64,000 nucleotides of DNA, taken from contig NIVC01000096.1 of the NCBI GenBank assembly GCA_002269645.1, positions 62,001 to 126,000 of the forward strand. The letters are read 5' to 3'. Positions 25,481 through 42,300 of this stretch are shown here, piece by piece. This stretch comes from Macrostomum lignano. Lineage: Eukaryota. The position numbers and the translations under genes were made by a program. The stretch's first letter is position 1. Each line of letters opens with the position of its first letter. The notes under the pieces were generated by a model, which was given only the letters and a program-made list of their open reading frames with translations, searched no databases and was not told the DNA's origin.

Positions 25481-25764
25481 CTATACAAATATATTAAACA
25501 GATGAGCCTTCTTATATACTGAAGCAGAATTTTATAGAAATGAATATAAATTAATTATTTGAAGTGTTAATTAATGTATTAAAATAATGTCCCGGTGATT
25601 ATAGACAAACAAATTTAAACTAAATTTATTAACACCTGATTATTGATCAATTCAAAAAAGATTAAATTAGTTCTTTTTTACAACTAATAAACGTCATGCT
25701 CTTTGATAACAAAATGCAAGCCTAGTGAAACCTGTCCCTTTGTCTTTTCCTAAATCTTAACTAC

Positions 25765-25997
25765 AGAGGGGTGATGCCAGCTACAGAGGGGGGTGATGCC
25801 AGCTCCAGAGGGGGGTGATGCCAGCTCCAGAGGGGGGTGATGCCAGCTCCAGAGGGGATGCTTCCTGCTACAGAGGGGATGATGCCAGCTACAGAGTGGG
25901 GTGATGCCAGCTACAGAGGGGTGATGCCAGCTCCAGAGGGGATGCTGCCAGCTACAGAGGGGGTGATGCCAGCTCCAGAGGGGATGCTGCCAGCTAA
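25765..25997. repeat. 21-22-bp minisatellite
   Basis: Unit gatgccagct(a/c)cagagggg(gt). Confidence 0.92.
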
Positions 25998-26115
25998 GAA
26001 GCGGTGAGCCAAGCCTCGCACAAAGAAGCCTTCCTGCCACAATGCACAGCCAGTACCTTCTAACACGGTTCAAGTTGAAGTCACAGGCAAAAATTAAGAA
26101 ATCACGGGTTTCAAA

Positions 26116-26445
26116 TCAATAAGGCGGATCCACATCCGGCATTTCAGGCGGTGTGGAATAGCGGAAGTTACTCGGCAGAGAATTGAAGACTCTGCCAGCA
26201 GGCAGCTGCTCATCGGGCGGAAAATACGGAATACTTGGAGCATCCGAGGGCTCAGGCAGTGGTTGTCCTCCGTTGTCCTGAGCTGACCCAACGAACTCAA
26301 CGACAAGGTTATTCTGGCTTTGCGAGCCAACACTGCTCGAGTCCTTCACAGATGTGGCAGGAGTTTGAATGTACTCCTTTTCATGCTCAAAAAAATTTTC
26401 CAGCTGATTATCATTAGGCACTTGCAAATTCTGATTGGCCGACAT
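26116..26445 (-). CDS. Putative orphan single-exon ORF (109 aa, Pro/Ser/acidic)
   Basis: ATG at 26445 in context gtcagtagtcaccATG, with AG sites just upstream. Non-repetitive, balanced composition (MSANQNLQVPNDNQLENFFEHEKEY...PPEMPDVDPPY*). No family recognised. Confidence 0.35.
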   Translation of the reverse strand: MSANQNLQVPNDNQLENFFEHEKEYIQTPATSVKDSSSVGSQSQNNLVVEFVGSAQDNGGQPLPEPSDAPSIPYFPPDEQLPAGRVFNSLPSNFRYSTPPEMPDVDPPY

Positions 26446-26919
26446 GGTGACTACTGACGAATCAGTATCAGTAGTATATTGCGCAATTAGGAAAATATTG
26501 TTGGATCCGATTAAAATAATGACAAACAATCTGAATAACAAGCGCTACATCCAATTAGTCTACATTTTTCAGTTTGCTCTTTGCTGAGAGTGTACCAAGC
26601 ATGAAAGGATAAATGAGTATTGAGTATATTGAGTATATGAGTATTTTAATATTGGGGATTAGCTAATGCATGTCTTCATGAAAAGACAAAAGCGAACTTC
26701 AGTTAAAACTTTTTGCTAACATTTAAATCAATTTTTACAGTATTTGACATCAGCTGTATCTTGTAAATATTATGAGGGTTTCCAAAAAGAATTGTTCAAT
26801 GAATTGTTGTCTGGAGAATTCAATTTGGGATTCCCATAGGGAAATTCCATGTGGAATTCATAGGGATCAAAGAGAAAATTTAACGCAGAATTCTTTTAGG
26901 GCATTACATGAAAATTTTC

Positions 26920-27490
26920 TGGGGAATCCAGTGGAGGATTTTCGGGGGAATCCAGTGGAGGATCTTCGAGGGGATTCCAGTGGAGGATTCTCGGGGGAAT
27001 CCAGTGGAGGATTCTCGGGGGAATCCAGTGGAGGATTCTCGGGGGAATCCAGTGGAGGATCTTCGAGGGGATTCCAGTGGAGGATTCTTGGGGGAATCCA
27101 GTGGAGGATTCTCGGGGGAATCCAGTGGAGGATTCTCGGGGGAATCCAGTGGAGGATTCTCGGGGGAATCCAGTGAAGGATCTTCGAGGGGATTCCAGTG
27201 GAGGATTCTTGGGGGAATCCAGTGGAGGATTCTCGGGGGAATCCAGTGGAGGATTCTCGGGGAATCCAGTGGAGGATTCTCGGGGGAATCCAGTGGAGGA
27301 TCTTCGAGGGGATTCCAGTGGAGGATTCTTGGGGGAATCCAGTGGAGGATTCTCGGGGGAATCCAGTGGAGGATTCTCGGGGGAATCCAGTGGAGGATTC
27401 TCGGGGGAATCTAGTGAAGGATTATCGAGGAAATCCAATGAAGGATTCTCGGGAAATCCAGTGGAGGATTCTCGGGGAAATCCAGTGTAG
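26920..27490. repeat. 24-25-bp minisatellite
   Basis: Unit ggaatccagtggaggattctcggg; contains near-palindromic ggaatcc/ggattc elements. Confidence 0.95.
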
Positions 27491-27783
27491 AATTTGCATG
27501 GGAATTTCACGGATTCTCCTCACAGAGGAATTGATGTGCCGCTCGATTAATCCTAGGTGAATGCTGGGGAATTCTCAGGGAAATCTCAGGTATTCTCTGC
27601 CAACTATAAAACAATAACTAAACAGAAATTAATCAAAATACAGCAAAACACGTCGTGGCAGCATTTAAACACCAATGTTTATATAATAATACGATTATAA
27701 TTTATTCAGGTTCTTAATTTGTTGGATATTTCAAGTCGACACCAATTATCAGCAAAACAAGGCTTGAAAATCAATCAATCAAT

Positions 27784-32258
<4,475 letters not shown>

Positions 32259-32318
32259 ATTGTTAAATAATAAATTTAGCTACTACTACTACTAATATTT
32301 CTACTAACAGTAGTATAA

Positions 32319-32777
32319 TCAAGCAGATGAATTGGTTAGCCGAAGTTTAAACGTGTCCCACTTGCGCAATTGCTGCAAATATTGTTCGCTTTGCTCGTCT
32401 TCCGAAGTACTATTAGTAGTAGGGTCTACGATTGCAGAATCGACGCCAGTAGCTGTCCAACGCTGTAGAATGCGCTGCGTACTTGGCTGAACATCAACAG
32501 CCAACGGTTGACAGGGAAAATCTCGTTTAGCCCTGCTAGCTAGCAGATCTCTCAAGGCGGCTTCCTGCGCTGACACGTACTCGTCAGGACAAGAGGCTGA
32601 AGAGCAACGAACTCGGACAAGATTGCGCAGATGCAGACCGAAGTCTGACCCCTGCTGTTGCTGACGCTGTTGGCGACGCTGTGTCAGTTGCGGAGTGGCC
32701 TGTTCTACTAGCTGTACAAGACGGCGAAGTTGCTGGATTCTCTGCTGCACATTCACAGCTGTGGCTGCAGCTGCCAT
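32319..32777 (-). CDS. UQCC2: UQCC2-like (complex III assembly factor 2) single-exon gene, 152 aa
   Basis: SDFGLHLRNLV resembles RDLGAYLRQRV and ALRDLLASRAKRDFP resembles SLARLHSNYYKHKYP of human UQCC2 (recalled from memory). Similar size; ATG at 32777. Confidence 0.6.
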   Translation of the reverse strand: MAAAATAVNVQQRIQQLRRLVQLVEQATPQLTQRRQQRQQQQGSDFGLHLRNLVRVRCSSASCPDEYVSAQEAALRDLLASRAKRDFPCQPLAVDVQPSTQRILQRWTATGVDSAIVDPTTNSTSEDEQSEQYLQQLRKWDTFKLRLTNSSA

Positions 32778-32929
32778 ATAAATGTGTTTAATACAATTTT
32801 TTCAATTTTTTTCAATGGCTACAGCAGCTGGATTGCAGTCATACAAATTAGATAGCACATAAATAAATACGGCTGATTGCATATAGATTTGTGATGACAA
32901 ACACTGTACAAATCCCGTCTGACTTTAAC

Positions 32930-33437
32930 TGACACAGACTGGGGTTTGACAATCTGAATAATCTGACACAGACTGGGGTTTGACAATCTGACTGATCTGA
33001 CAGACTGGGGTTTGACAATCTGACTGATCTGACACAGACTGGGGTTTGACAATCTGACTGATCTGACAGACTGGGGTTTGACAATCTGAATAATCTGACA
33101 CAGACTGGGGTTTGACAATCTGACTAATCTGACACAGACTGGGGTTTGACAATCTGACTGATCTGACAGACTGGGGTTTGACAATCTGACTGATCTGACA
33201 CAGACTGGGGTTTGACAATCTGACTGATCTGACAGACTGGGGTTTGACAATCTGACTGATCTGACACAACTGGGGTTTGACAATCTGACTGATCTGACAC
33301 AGACTGGGGTTGGACAATCTGAATAATCTGACACAGACTGGGGTTTGACAATCTGCATGATCTGACACAGACTGGGGTTAGACAATCTGAATGATCTGAC
33401 ACAGACTGGGGTTGGACAATCTGACTGATCTGACATC
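32930..33437. repeat. 32-34-bp minisatellite between PGAP3 and UQCC2
   Basis: Unit cagactggggtttgacaatctgactgatctga(ca). Confidence 0.95.
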
Positions 33438-34179
33438 ATTAAACAACGATAATAAATATAAGAAGCGTCTAAATCTATAGTTTACAACTCGCAAATTATA
33501 GTAAAACTCTCCATATAATGTTATATTGAATTATTTATATTAAAAAAACACAAAAGCTTAATGGCACACACTACAAAAATACCTCATCAAAATGTAACAG
33601 CAGTGGAAACCCGAAAAGATGTATTTAAGAGTTCGATGGAAATTTACTTTTTCATAAAGATAGTGTAAGTGACAGACAAAGTATAAGTACAAAACACACC
33701 GAACTATAGGCAGGAAAAAACAAACAGAAAGACAGATTATAAACAGTTTCGAATGTCGGATTTTTTGTTCATTCCATAATTTACTAATTTTTTTCGTTAA
33801 TGAATAAAAAACACGGACAGTTACAAGCAGAAACTAAAGGAAACGAATCATTACATCTTTCATAAAAAGCAAGAAAGAAGAAACGCACAAAAATTGAGGA
33901 AAAGAATTAGTGAACTTTTTAAAAGGCGTTAAGTACACGCCAACTAACAGTATTGAGTTTTGCTGCATTAGAAATTTCGAGATAAAATTTATCGGGAAAT
34001 TCTATTTCAGCCACAGATACTAGAATAACTCTATATTTCAATTGAATTTCAAGTTGTGCGTCTATACTTTTTACAGTAGTTTGTCTGCGCAGTACCACTT
34101 AAATTTATGGTGGAAGCTAAAATTTCCTTGCCTTTTTGGGGTTTGCGGCGAACTCGATGTACACAACTGAACGCAAGAC

Positions 34180-34445
34180 GGGCGAAACTCAGCCAAGGGG
34201 GGGGGCAGGTCCAATCTAGCTCAGCCAATGATAGAGCAGTAAGGAGAGAAGGTCAAAGTCAGACGGACGAAACTCAGCCTAGGCGCAAGCCCAATTCAGC
34301 TCAGCCAATGAGAGAGCAGTAAGGATAGAAGGTCAAAGTCAGACGGACGAAACTCAGCCTAGGCGCAAGCCCAATTCAGCTCAGCCAATGAGAGAGCAGT
34401 AAGGAGAGAAGGACAAATTTAGACGGACAAAACTCAGCCTAGAGG
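34180..34445. repeat. 80-bp tandem repeat (~3 copies) just 3' of the PGAP3 stop
   Basis: Unit agacggacgaaactcagcctaggcgcaagcccaattcagctcagccaatgagagagcagtaagga(t/g)agaaggtcaaagtc. Confidence 0.9.
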
Positions 34446-34547
34446 GAAGGCCGAAATTCTTGCGGATGAGCATCCAGAGAATCAAAACCAGCAGCAGCAA
34501 AAACTTAAAGCGTAGCCTTTATTTTACTATAAAATGTACTACAAAAG

Positions 34548-35936
34548 TTAAAGTGACTTCTGCTTCTCTGAAAGCAGATAATTACAATCTGCAATAGCGA
34601 ATCGATACCAGGGCACGGCTAGCAGCACAGTGCCACCGTGCCACAGGCTGTGAGCATCCAATACCCACCAAATGGGCGGAAAATCCAACACTTCCAACAG
34701 TACTAGACCGTTCAACAATGCTACTGTTAGTAGGCAATCGCGCGTGTAAGGTTGAGAACGAACTCTCCGGATGGACCAGATTAACCAGCCAATACAATTG
34801 GCAGCTCCAACGCTTAAATTCACCGTCATATTGTAGCCATAGTCAAAATGCACGCAGCTCAAATACCAAACGTGACGAATATAGAATACGATTGAAGCAA
34901 TGGCCACAGCGGCTAGGCCAATCAAATTTGAGCGGTTCTTACTGTAGTCATTGTCTCGCTGGACTGTAACGCGGCAAGCTAGACAGAATAAACAGGTTAA
35001 TAAGTACAATAGGGCACTGAAGTAGTCTAATTGTTCTGTTAGGGGAATATCTTTAGCGTGGAATACGGTCGAACTGAGCCAGGTTGCTATGGCAACTAAT
35101 GAGTACAGATGCCAGACATTGTACATAGGAGACTGCGGGTTCACCTGCAATAGGGAGGGATTGTGAATGGTAGCGGTATTTTAGATTGGGTCAATTCTCT
35201 ACGATAAACTGAAGAGCATCAATGATAAATATGTATAAGGAATATCTACAGTGGTAGTACTAGTATAGTAGTAAGTAGTAGTAGTAGCAGCAGCATTAGT
35301 AGTAGCAGTAGTAGCAGTATTAGTAGTAAGTAGTAGTTGCAGCAGTAGTATCAGTGGTAGTAGTAGCAGTATTAGTAGTAGTAGTAGTAACTAATTCCTA
35401 TATACTAAAAATGTGATGTCTATATTATAGTAACTAATAATAGCAATTCATCGTTAGCACTATTTACGTTATAGTATCAGTACTATGCATAAATGAGTAG
35501 TATCAGTAGTACAATAAGTCATTATCCAGTCTCAAACTCAGAAACGCCTCACCTGCTCCCGGAACGCCGCAAACATATAGACGTGACAGGCGCAATTAAG
35601 CGCGGAGAACAGTGCCGACGCGGGCTCCTGCAGGCCCAACAGCCGAAGGAACGGCCATCGACCGTAGAACTTTGGCGTCGGCAAGCCGTCGCGATGAAAA
35701 GCGGTCACAGTCTGCCACAGGCAGTCGTGCTTGCACTGGTCTTCGCACGAGTCAGTTGTCCACCTGGTCAGCGGGTGGGCCGCCCGATCCCGTCTGACTT
35801 TAGCCTCGCTGCAGCCCGCCTTAGCCAAGCACTTTTCCATGCAAATGTGATGCACATAGGCTTGATCGCCTTCGGATGCGGCTACTAGAGACGATGACGT
35901 CATCAGTAGAGTGGCTTGCAATAGAATTTGCAGCAT
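34548..35936 (-). CDS. PGAP3: Post-GPI attachment to proteins factor 3 (Per1 family), 2 exons
   Basis: Exons 35936-35553 and 35144-34548. Signal peptide then ASEGD..CMEKC, CEDQCKHDCLW, KFYGRWPFLRLLGLQEPASALFS, WLSSTVFHAKD..TEQLDYFSA, LEVLDFPPIWWVLDAHSLWH. Confidence 0.96.
35250..35392. repeat. (AGT/AGC)n microsatellite, PGAP3 intron
   Basis: agtagtagc run. Confidence 0.9.
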
Positions 35937-36029
35937 CGTTAGGCTTAAAGTCTCTGAAAAATAAAAAATCGAATTGGAGTTGAAAACCACCGATATGTAG
36001 CGTAATAATAATATAAAAGTACAGAATGT

Positions 36030-36310
36030 AGCATCAGACGCATGGCAGAGTGGCTATCGCGCTGCCTTTTCTTGCTATAGGTCCCGGATTCGATTCCTGT
36101 GACTAAATAATTTGAACAATTTTTCTGTCTCACTGCTACGATACCATTATCATACTACTAACTTTAATATAATAAAAATATATAAAAAAATTAAGAGGGA
36201 ACCGGGATCAGCTTCGGCATAAAAACAGAACACCGATATGTATCGATACATACATAATACAACAGGCTAGGCTAGTGGTCCTAGGTTCGATTCCTGAGAC
36301 ATTTGACTAA
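36030..36310 (+). other. Degenerate tRNA-derived (SINE-head-like) Pol III A/B-box relics in a short direct duplication
   Basis: tggcagagtgg (A-box-like) then ggattcgattcc (B-box-like) at ~36042-36097; a second ggttcgattcc at ~36284. A ccgatatgta motif recurs at ~35990, ~36232 and ~36373. No acceptor stem can be formed. Confidence 0.45.
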
Positions 36311-37119
36311 CAATATTTAATATAAACCTTTTATCTTAAACTTAGTAGGAAAATGGTTACTAAACTTACCGCCGATATGTATCGATAAATGCATAATACG
36401 TTAAAAAACACAAGTCTTGAAGTTTAAAGTAAGTTAGTAGAAAATGAGCTTTATTGTTACTTGTAGTGCAACATATAGAAAAAACCAATAGCAAAAGCAG
36501 TTAGTGCATTATAGTATATGACATACGCACATATTGAACTACTTAGATGAATTTAGAATAATCTAAAGTATCCAATGATTTATTAACATTAAAAGGAAAT
36601 TTAGAGCTGGACAAAACTGGACGGCTTCAGTTAAAAGAAAAGAGAAAAAGAAGGAATAACCGGAGACTGACGGATGGAATTTCGCAATTTTAGTGCAAAG
36701 AAAAGCAAAAAAACATTTAATTTAGTAAAAGAAATTGTTCATGTTTTTAAAAGAACAAAAATGCTATCTATACTACTAAATTAATGCCTGGCAAAACAGT
36801 AGTAATATATGGTAAGTTAGCTTAAAAAAACAATAATCGAACATAACATTGAATAGACGATGCAATTATGATATAAATTATCAAACGCACAGGTGAAACA
36901 TTGCACAGCCAGCTGTGAGACACAGTGTGCGTCTAACATTATTGGACCTCTGGTTTATGCCAGGTAATTGGGTTCTGCAGACGCGTTGGAATTCTGCACA
37001 TTAAATTTAAATTTAAAGACGATTCAATCTTTAATTTACATAATTCATTTCTACAGATAAATTATTAGGTTCTGTAGATGGATTTTTAGATAGTAGAAAA
37101 ATAGCTTAATTATGCAGAA

Positions 37120-37745
37120 AGATAGTTAAATTCTGCAGATAGACTCTGCTGTTTAGATTTTGCAGATTGATGCTTAGATTCTGGAGATATATTTTTAGAA
37201 CCTGCAGATTGATGCTTAGATTCTGCAGATAGATGCATAGATTCTGCAGATAGATGATTATATTCTGCAGATAGATGTTTAGATTCTGCAGATAGATGAT
37301 TATTTTCTGCAGATAGATAATTAAATTCTGCTGATAGATGTTTGGATTCTGCAGATAGATGCATAGATTCTGCAGATAGATGCATAGATTCTGCAGATAG
37401 ATGCATAGATTCTGCAGATAGATTATTATATTCTGCAGATAGATGTTTATATTCTGCAGATAGATGTTTAGATTATGCAGATAGATGATTATATTCTGCA
37501 GATAGATGATTATATTCTGCAGATAGATATTTAGATTCTGCAGATAGATGGTAAGACTTTGCAGATAGATGATTATATTCTGCAGATAGATGATTATATT
37601 CTGCAGATAGATGTTTAGATTCTGCAGATAGATGATTATATTCTGCAGATAGATGCTTAGATTCTGAAGATAGATTGTAAGATTCTGCAGATAGATTATT
37701 AGATTCTGCAGATAGATGTTTAGATCCTGCAGATAGATGATTCTA
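37120..37745. repeat. 21-bp minisatellite between CEP97 and PGAP3
   Basis: Unit ttctgcagatagatg(attata/tttaga). Confidence 0.95.
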
Positions 37746-37995
37746 CAAGATAGACACATATTCTGCAATTCTGTCATTTTCAAAGATATTGAAAGCTACA
37801 GATGCTGATATCTATTAGTGAAAAACTACAAATATGAATAATCATACATAAAATGATTAAAGCTTTTAGGCTTTAAAAACTTTTTTGTCACGGCTAAGGC
37901 TCTCATAAATAATTCATGATATATGTTAATTAGCAGGCAAATAACATTAACAGGCAAAGCTACACAAGATAAAAAAACAGTTGGGAGTCACATTC

Positions 37996-38724
37996 TCAAC
38001 CAGCGGAATTACCGCCACCAGCAGCTGATGACGGTGGAATGTCAAAGTCGCCAGCGCTGACATCCGCGTCGCTACCTTCAGCGGGCGTCAGACTCAGCAT
38101 CCGCGCAGCAGCCGCAGCTACATCCTCAACATCCGCTCTTTCGTAGGCTTCGCTACTCCGACTGCTCACAGCTTCTCCGTCTTCTCCATCATCATCGCCA
38201 TCATCTCTATGATCGGCAGTCGCTGTTTGGCCAACTCGAAACACAGCCAGAGGACTGGACAGGCAGGATTCGCCAAGATCGGACACAGCCGCTACGGCTA
38301 CGGCGATAGGCGGTGGCGGGGCGCCTGCGGCAGCGGCAGCGGACACAATGGTCTGCGGCAGGTCCACTGTGCAGCTGCATTTGCTGTCGTACACTCGGGC
38401 CTGCTCTGTTCCGTTGATGTAAACTGCGTAGCCTGTGATGCCGCCTGGGGTGAGAGTGCCTGAAAATATACGAGGTATGGATTAATCAGCATGTGATACT
38501 ACTTTAAGTAGCCTAATTCAATTCAAACTAAAAATTTGACAAGGGTTGCAGATTTGATTTTTTGGTCTGACTGCCCCACATAGTTGTAGTTGTACTACTA
38601 CTACCACCACTACTACTACTACTACCACTACTACTACTGCTGCTATTACTACTACTACTACCACTACTACTATTACTGCTATTACTACTACTACTACTAC
38701 TACTACCACTACTACTACTACTAT

Positions 38725-38766
<42 letters not shown>

Positions 38767-38838
38767 CACTACTACTATTACTGCTATTACTACTACTACT
38801 ACTACTACTACTACTACCACTACTACTACTACTGCTAT

Positions 38839-38871
<33 letters not shown>

Positions 38872-38892
38872 CACTACTACTATTACTGCTAT

Positions 38893-38923
<31 letters not shown>

Positions 38924-38928
38924 GCTAT

Positions 38929-38961
<33 letters not shown>

Positions 38962-39054
38962 CACTACTACTACTACTGCTATTACTACTACTACTACTAC
39001 TACTACTACTACCACTACTACTACTACTGCTATTACTACTACTACTACTGCTAT

Positions 39055-39148
<94 letters not shown>

Positions 39149-39153
39149 GCTAT

Positions 39154-39229
<76 letters not shown>

Positions 39230-39234
39230 GCTAT

Positions 39235-39298
<64 letters not shown>

Positions 39299-39302
39299 GC
39301 TG

Positions 39303-39335
<33 letters not shown>

Positions 39336-42300
39336 GCATAAAGCAAAAATTACCCTTCGACGTAACAATCCCATCAGACGGCTGCCATCTGACTTCAATA
39401 GATCTGACATTGGCGCCATTGTCATTATCCAATGCAACAACGGTGACTTGAGTAGGCGGCAGCGGACATCCGGGATGTTTAACACTGCTCAATAGGTCAG
39501 TAACAGCTGTAGCTGTAGTTAATGCAGCACTGCTTGTAGCACCGGCATCTTTATTGTTCTGATTACTTCCTGATGCCTCCTCTCCATCAGCTCGCTGCTG
39601 TTGAAGCTCTTCGCGCAGTCGTTGAATTTGCGATTCGGCAAGGTCGTTGCGCTCTTCTAGGCGTTGTAGAGAGGCGTTGACGGCTGGCTGCCAACGTTTG
39701 AGCTGCTCCACCTCGCCTAGGAGGCAGCGGACCGCCTCTACCTGGGAGAGTAGTTATTAAGAGGCATCTTTTGTAATAATACCGCAGCTTTATAGATTCT
39801 TCGATAAAGATTCTACGAGTGATTAAGGGGCGATTTTTCAGGTGGTTAAGGGGCGATTCTTCAGGTGGTTAAGGGGCGATTCTTCAGGTGGTTAAGGGGC
39901 GATTCTTCAGGTGATTAAGGGGCGATTCTTCAGGTGGTTAAGGGGCGATTCTTCAGGTGATTAAGGGGCGATTCTTCAGGTGGTTAAGGGGCGATTCTTC
40001 AGGTAGTGATAGAGGGGATTCTTCAGGTGGTTAAGGGGCTATTCTTCAGGTAGTGATAGAGGGGATTCTTCAGGTGGTTTAGGGGCGATTCTTCAGGTAG
40101 TGATAGAGGGGATTCTTCAGGTGGTTTAGGGGCGATTCTTCAGGTAGTGATAGAGGGGATTCTTCAGGTGGTTTAGGGGCGATTCTGCAGGTAGTGATAG
40201 AGGGGATTCTTCAGGTGGTTTAGGGGCGATTCTTCAGGTGGTTTAGGGGCGATTCTTCAGGTGGTGATAGAGGAGATTCTTCAGGTGGTTAAGGGGCGAT
40301 TCTTCAGGTAGTGATAGAGGGGATTCTTCAGGTGGTTTAGGGGCGATTCTTCAGGTAGTGATAGAGGGGATTCTTCAGGTGGTTTAGGGGCGATTCTGCA
40401 GGTAGTGATAGAGGGGATTCTTCAGGTGGTTTAGGGGCGATTCTTCATGTGGTTTAGGGGCGATTCTTCAGGTGATTAAGGGGCGATTTTTTAGGTAAGG
40501 GGCGATTCTTCAGGTGATTAAGGGGCGATTTTTTAGGTAAGGGGCGATTCTTCAGGTGATTAAGGGGGCGATTCCTCGAGTGGTTTAGGGGCGATTCTAC
40601 AGGTGATTAAGGGGCGATTTTTTAGGTGATTAAGGGGCGATTCTTCAGGTGATTAAGGGGGCGATTCCTCGAGTGGTTTAGGGGCTATTCTTTAGGTGAT
40701 TAAGCGGCGATTCTTCGGGTGGTTAAGGGGGCGATTCTTCGGGTGGTTAAGAGGGCGATTCTTCAGGTGATAAAGGGGTGATTTTTTAGGTAGCTTAAGG
40801 GCGATTTCTCAGGTCCGTTAGGAACAGGAACGGTACTTTCCGTGTTTTGGCGGTGTACTAAGATTCCCAAAACAACAAGTGTTTGCTTTCGCTAACAACC
40901 TGCAACAGGCGGCAGCGCCTCTCCTGCTGGTAGGACTCATAGTACACCTCGAGCTGCCTGTGCAGAAATGCCAAATGCTGCTGCACCCGACGCCGGTAAA
41001 GTCGTTCGCGCAAGCGCCGAATTCGCGCGTTCAAATGGCGCGCCCGATAGCCGCGCCATGCCGACTGGATTCGCACAGCGGCAGCGTGCAGCTCTGCAGA
41101 AATAAATGAATTGGCTAATAACTTACTAATAGGATGGTTTGGTGTCCACGGAGAAGTTTTTGGTTAATAGGAGTCGCGGGTACACTTGACAGACAGACAG
41201 GCGAATTCAGGAGACAGTTGTGCAATAAGCATGTAATTAACTTTAAGCAGGACACCAAGGAATACTTAAATAAACAACACAATATAAACATGCTAAAAGT
41301 ACGCCAAAACTCAATAACCGATTATCTTTTAGGAGCAGAGAAAAGCATTTTTCACTTTGCTACAACAATCTAGGTGGTCAGGAAAAATGAAACAAGGTAA
41401 ACGAAAAAAGCTTTTTATCAAACAATACCATTTATTAACTAAACTAAAAAATAGGAGAAGAAACACATACTCAGCTCTTTTAGTGTCATAACGCCTGAAA
41501 TCGTTAATAAAATAATTTCTCAATTTATATTAAGAAATAATTCCTTCGAAAAGACACCAGAGATTAGGAGCTTCAAACTTGTTCATAAAGTTAAAGATGT
41601 ATTTATGAAGTTTCAAATGCTTTTATCAAGCTTAAAATGTGTTTAAGAAGTTTCAAATGTGCTTATAAAGTTCACGTGTTTCTGAAGTTTTGAATGTGTT
41701 AATAAAGTTTTAGATGCGTTTATAAAGTTTCAAATGTGTTTATAGGTTTTAAATCTGTTTATAAAATTTCAAATGTGTTTATGAAATTTCAAATGTGTTT
41801 AAGAAATTTCAGATGTGTTTATAGAAGGTTTCAAATGTGTTTAAGAAGTTTAAAACCTACTTGTGAAGTTGAAAACTTTTCGAAAATCTCAAATAATTTG
41901 TTTTGCAACTTTAAAGTACAAGAAACTATTCATTTACCTTTGTTCCGAACCGGATCAGGAAAAACTGGCTTCCGATTGCCAACAAAATGCGGCCCAACAA
42001 CAGACGGAGAAGGCGGTTTCAAAGTGACCAGCTCAGCGTTTGCGACCCCCGTAGCCGGTGACGTCACAATAGGCGCTGCTGGACTACCCGGAGGTCCCTG
42101 CTGCAGATGCTGCTGCTGCTGAGGCTGCTGACTGATCCGATGCCTACTACTATTATTAGTACTACTATTAGTAGCCGCAACAGGCACATACACAGATTCA
42201 GATTGCAGCAGTGAACTGTTCAGTTCGTCATCTCTAGTAACCGTGTCTGAGTCAGACGAATGAGTCTCATAGCCCAGAGTAGCTCGAGGCGGTAGTCGAA

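Noticed and set aside
36030-36100. tRNA gene
   Set aside because: A/B boxes are present, but there is no complementary acceptor stem or clear anticodon arm; the same holds for 62520-62600. Treated as SINE heads.
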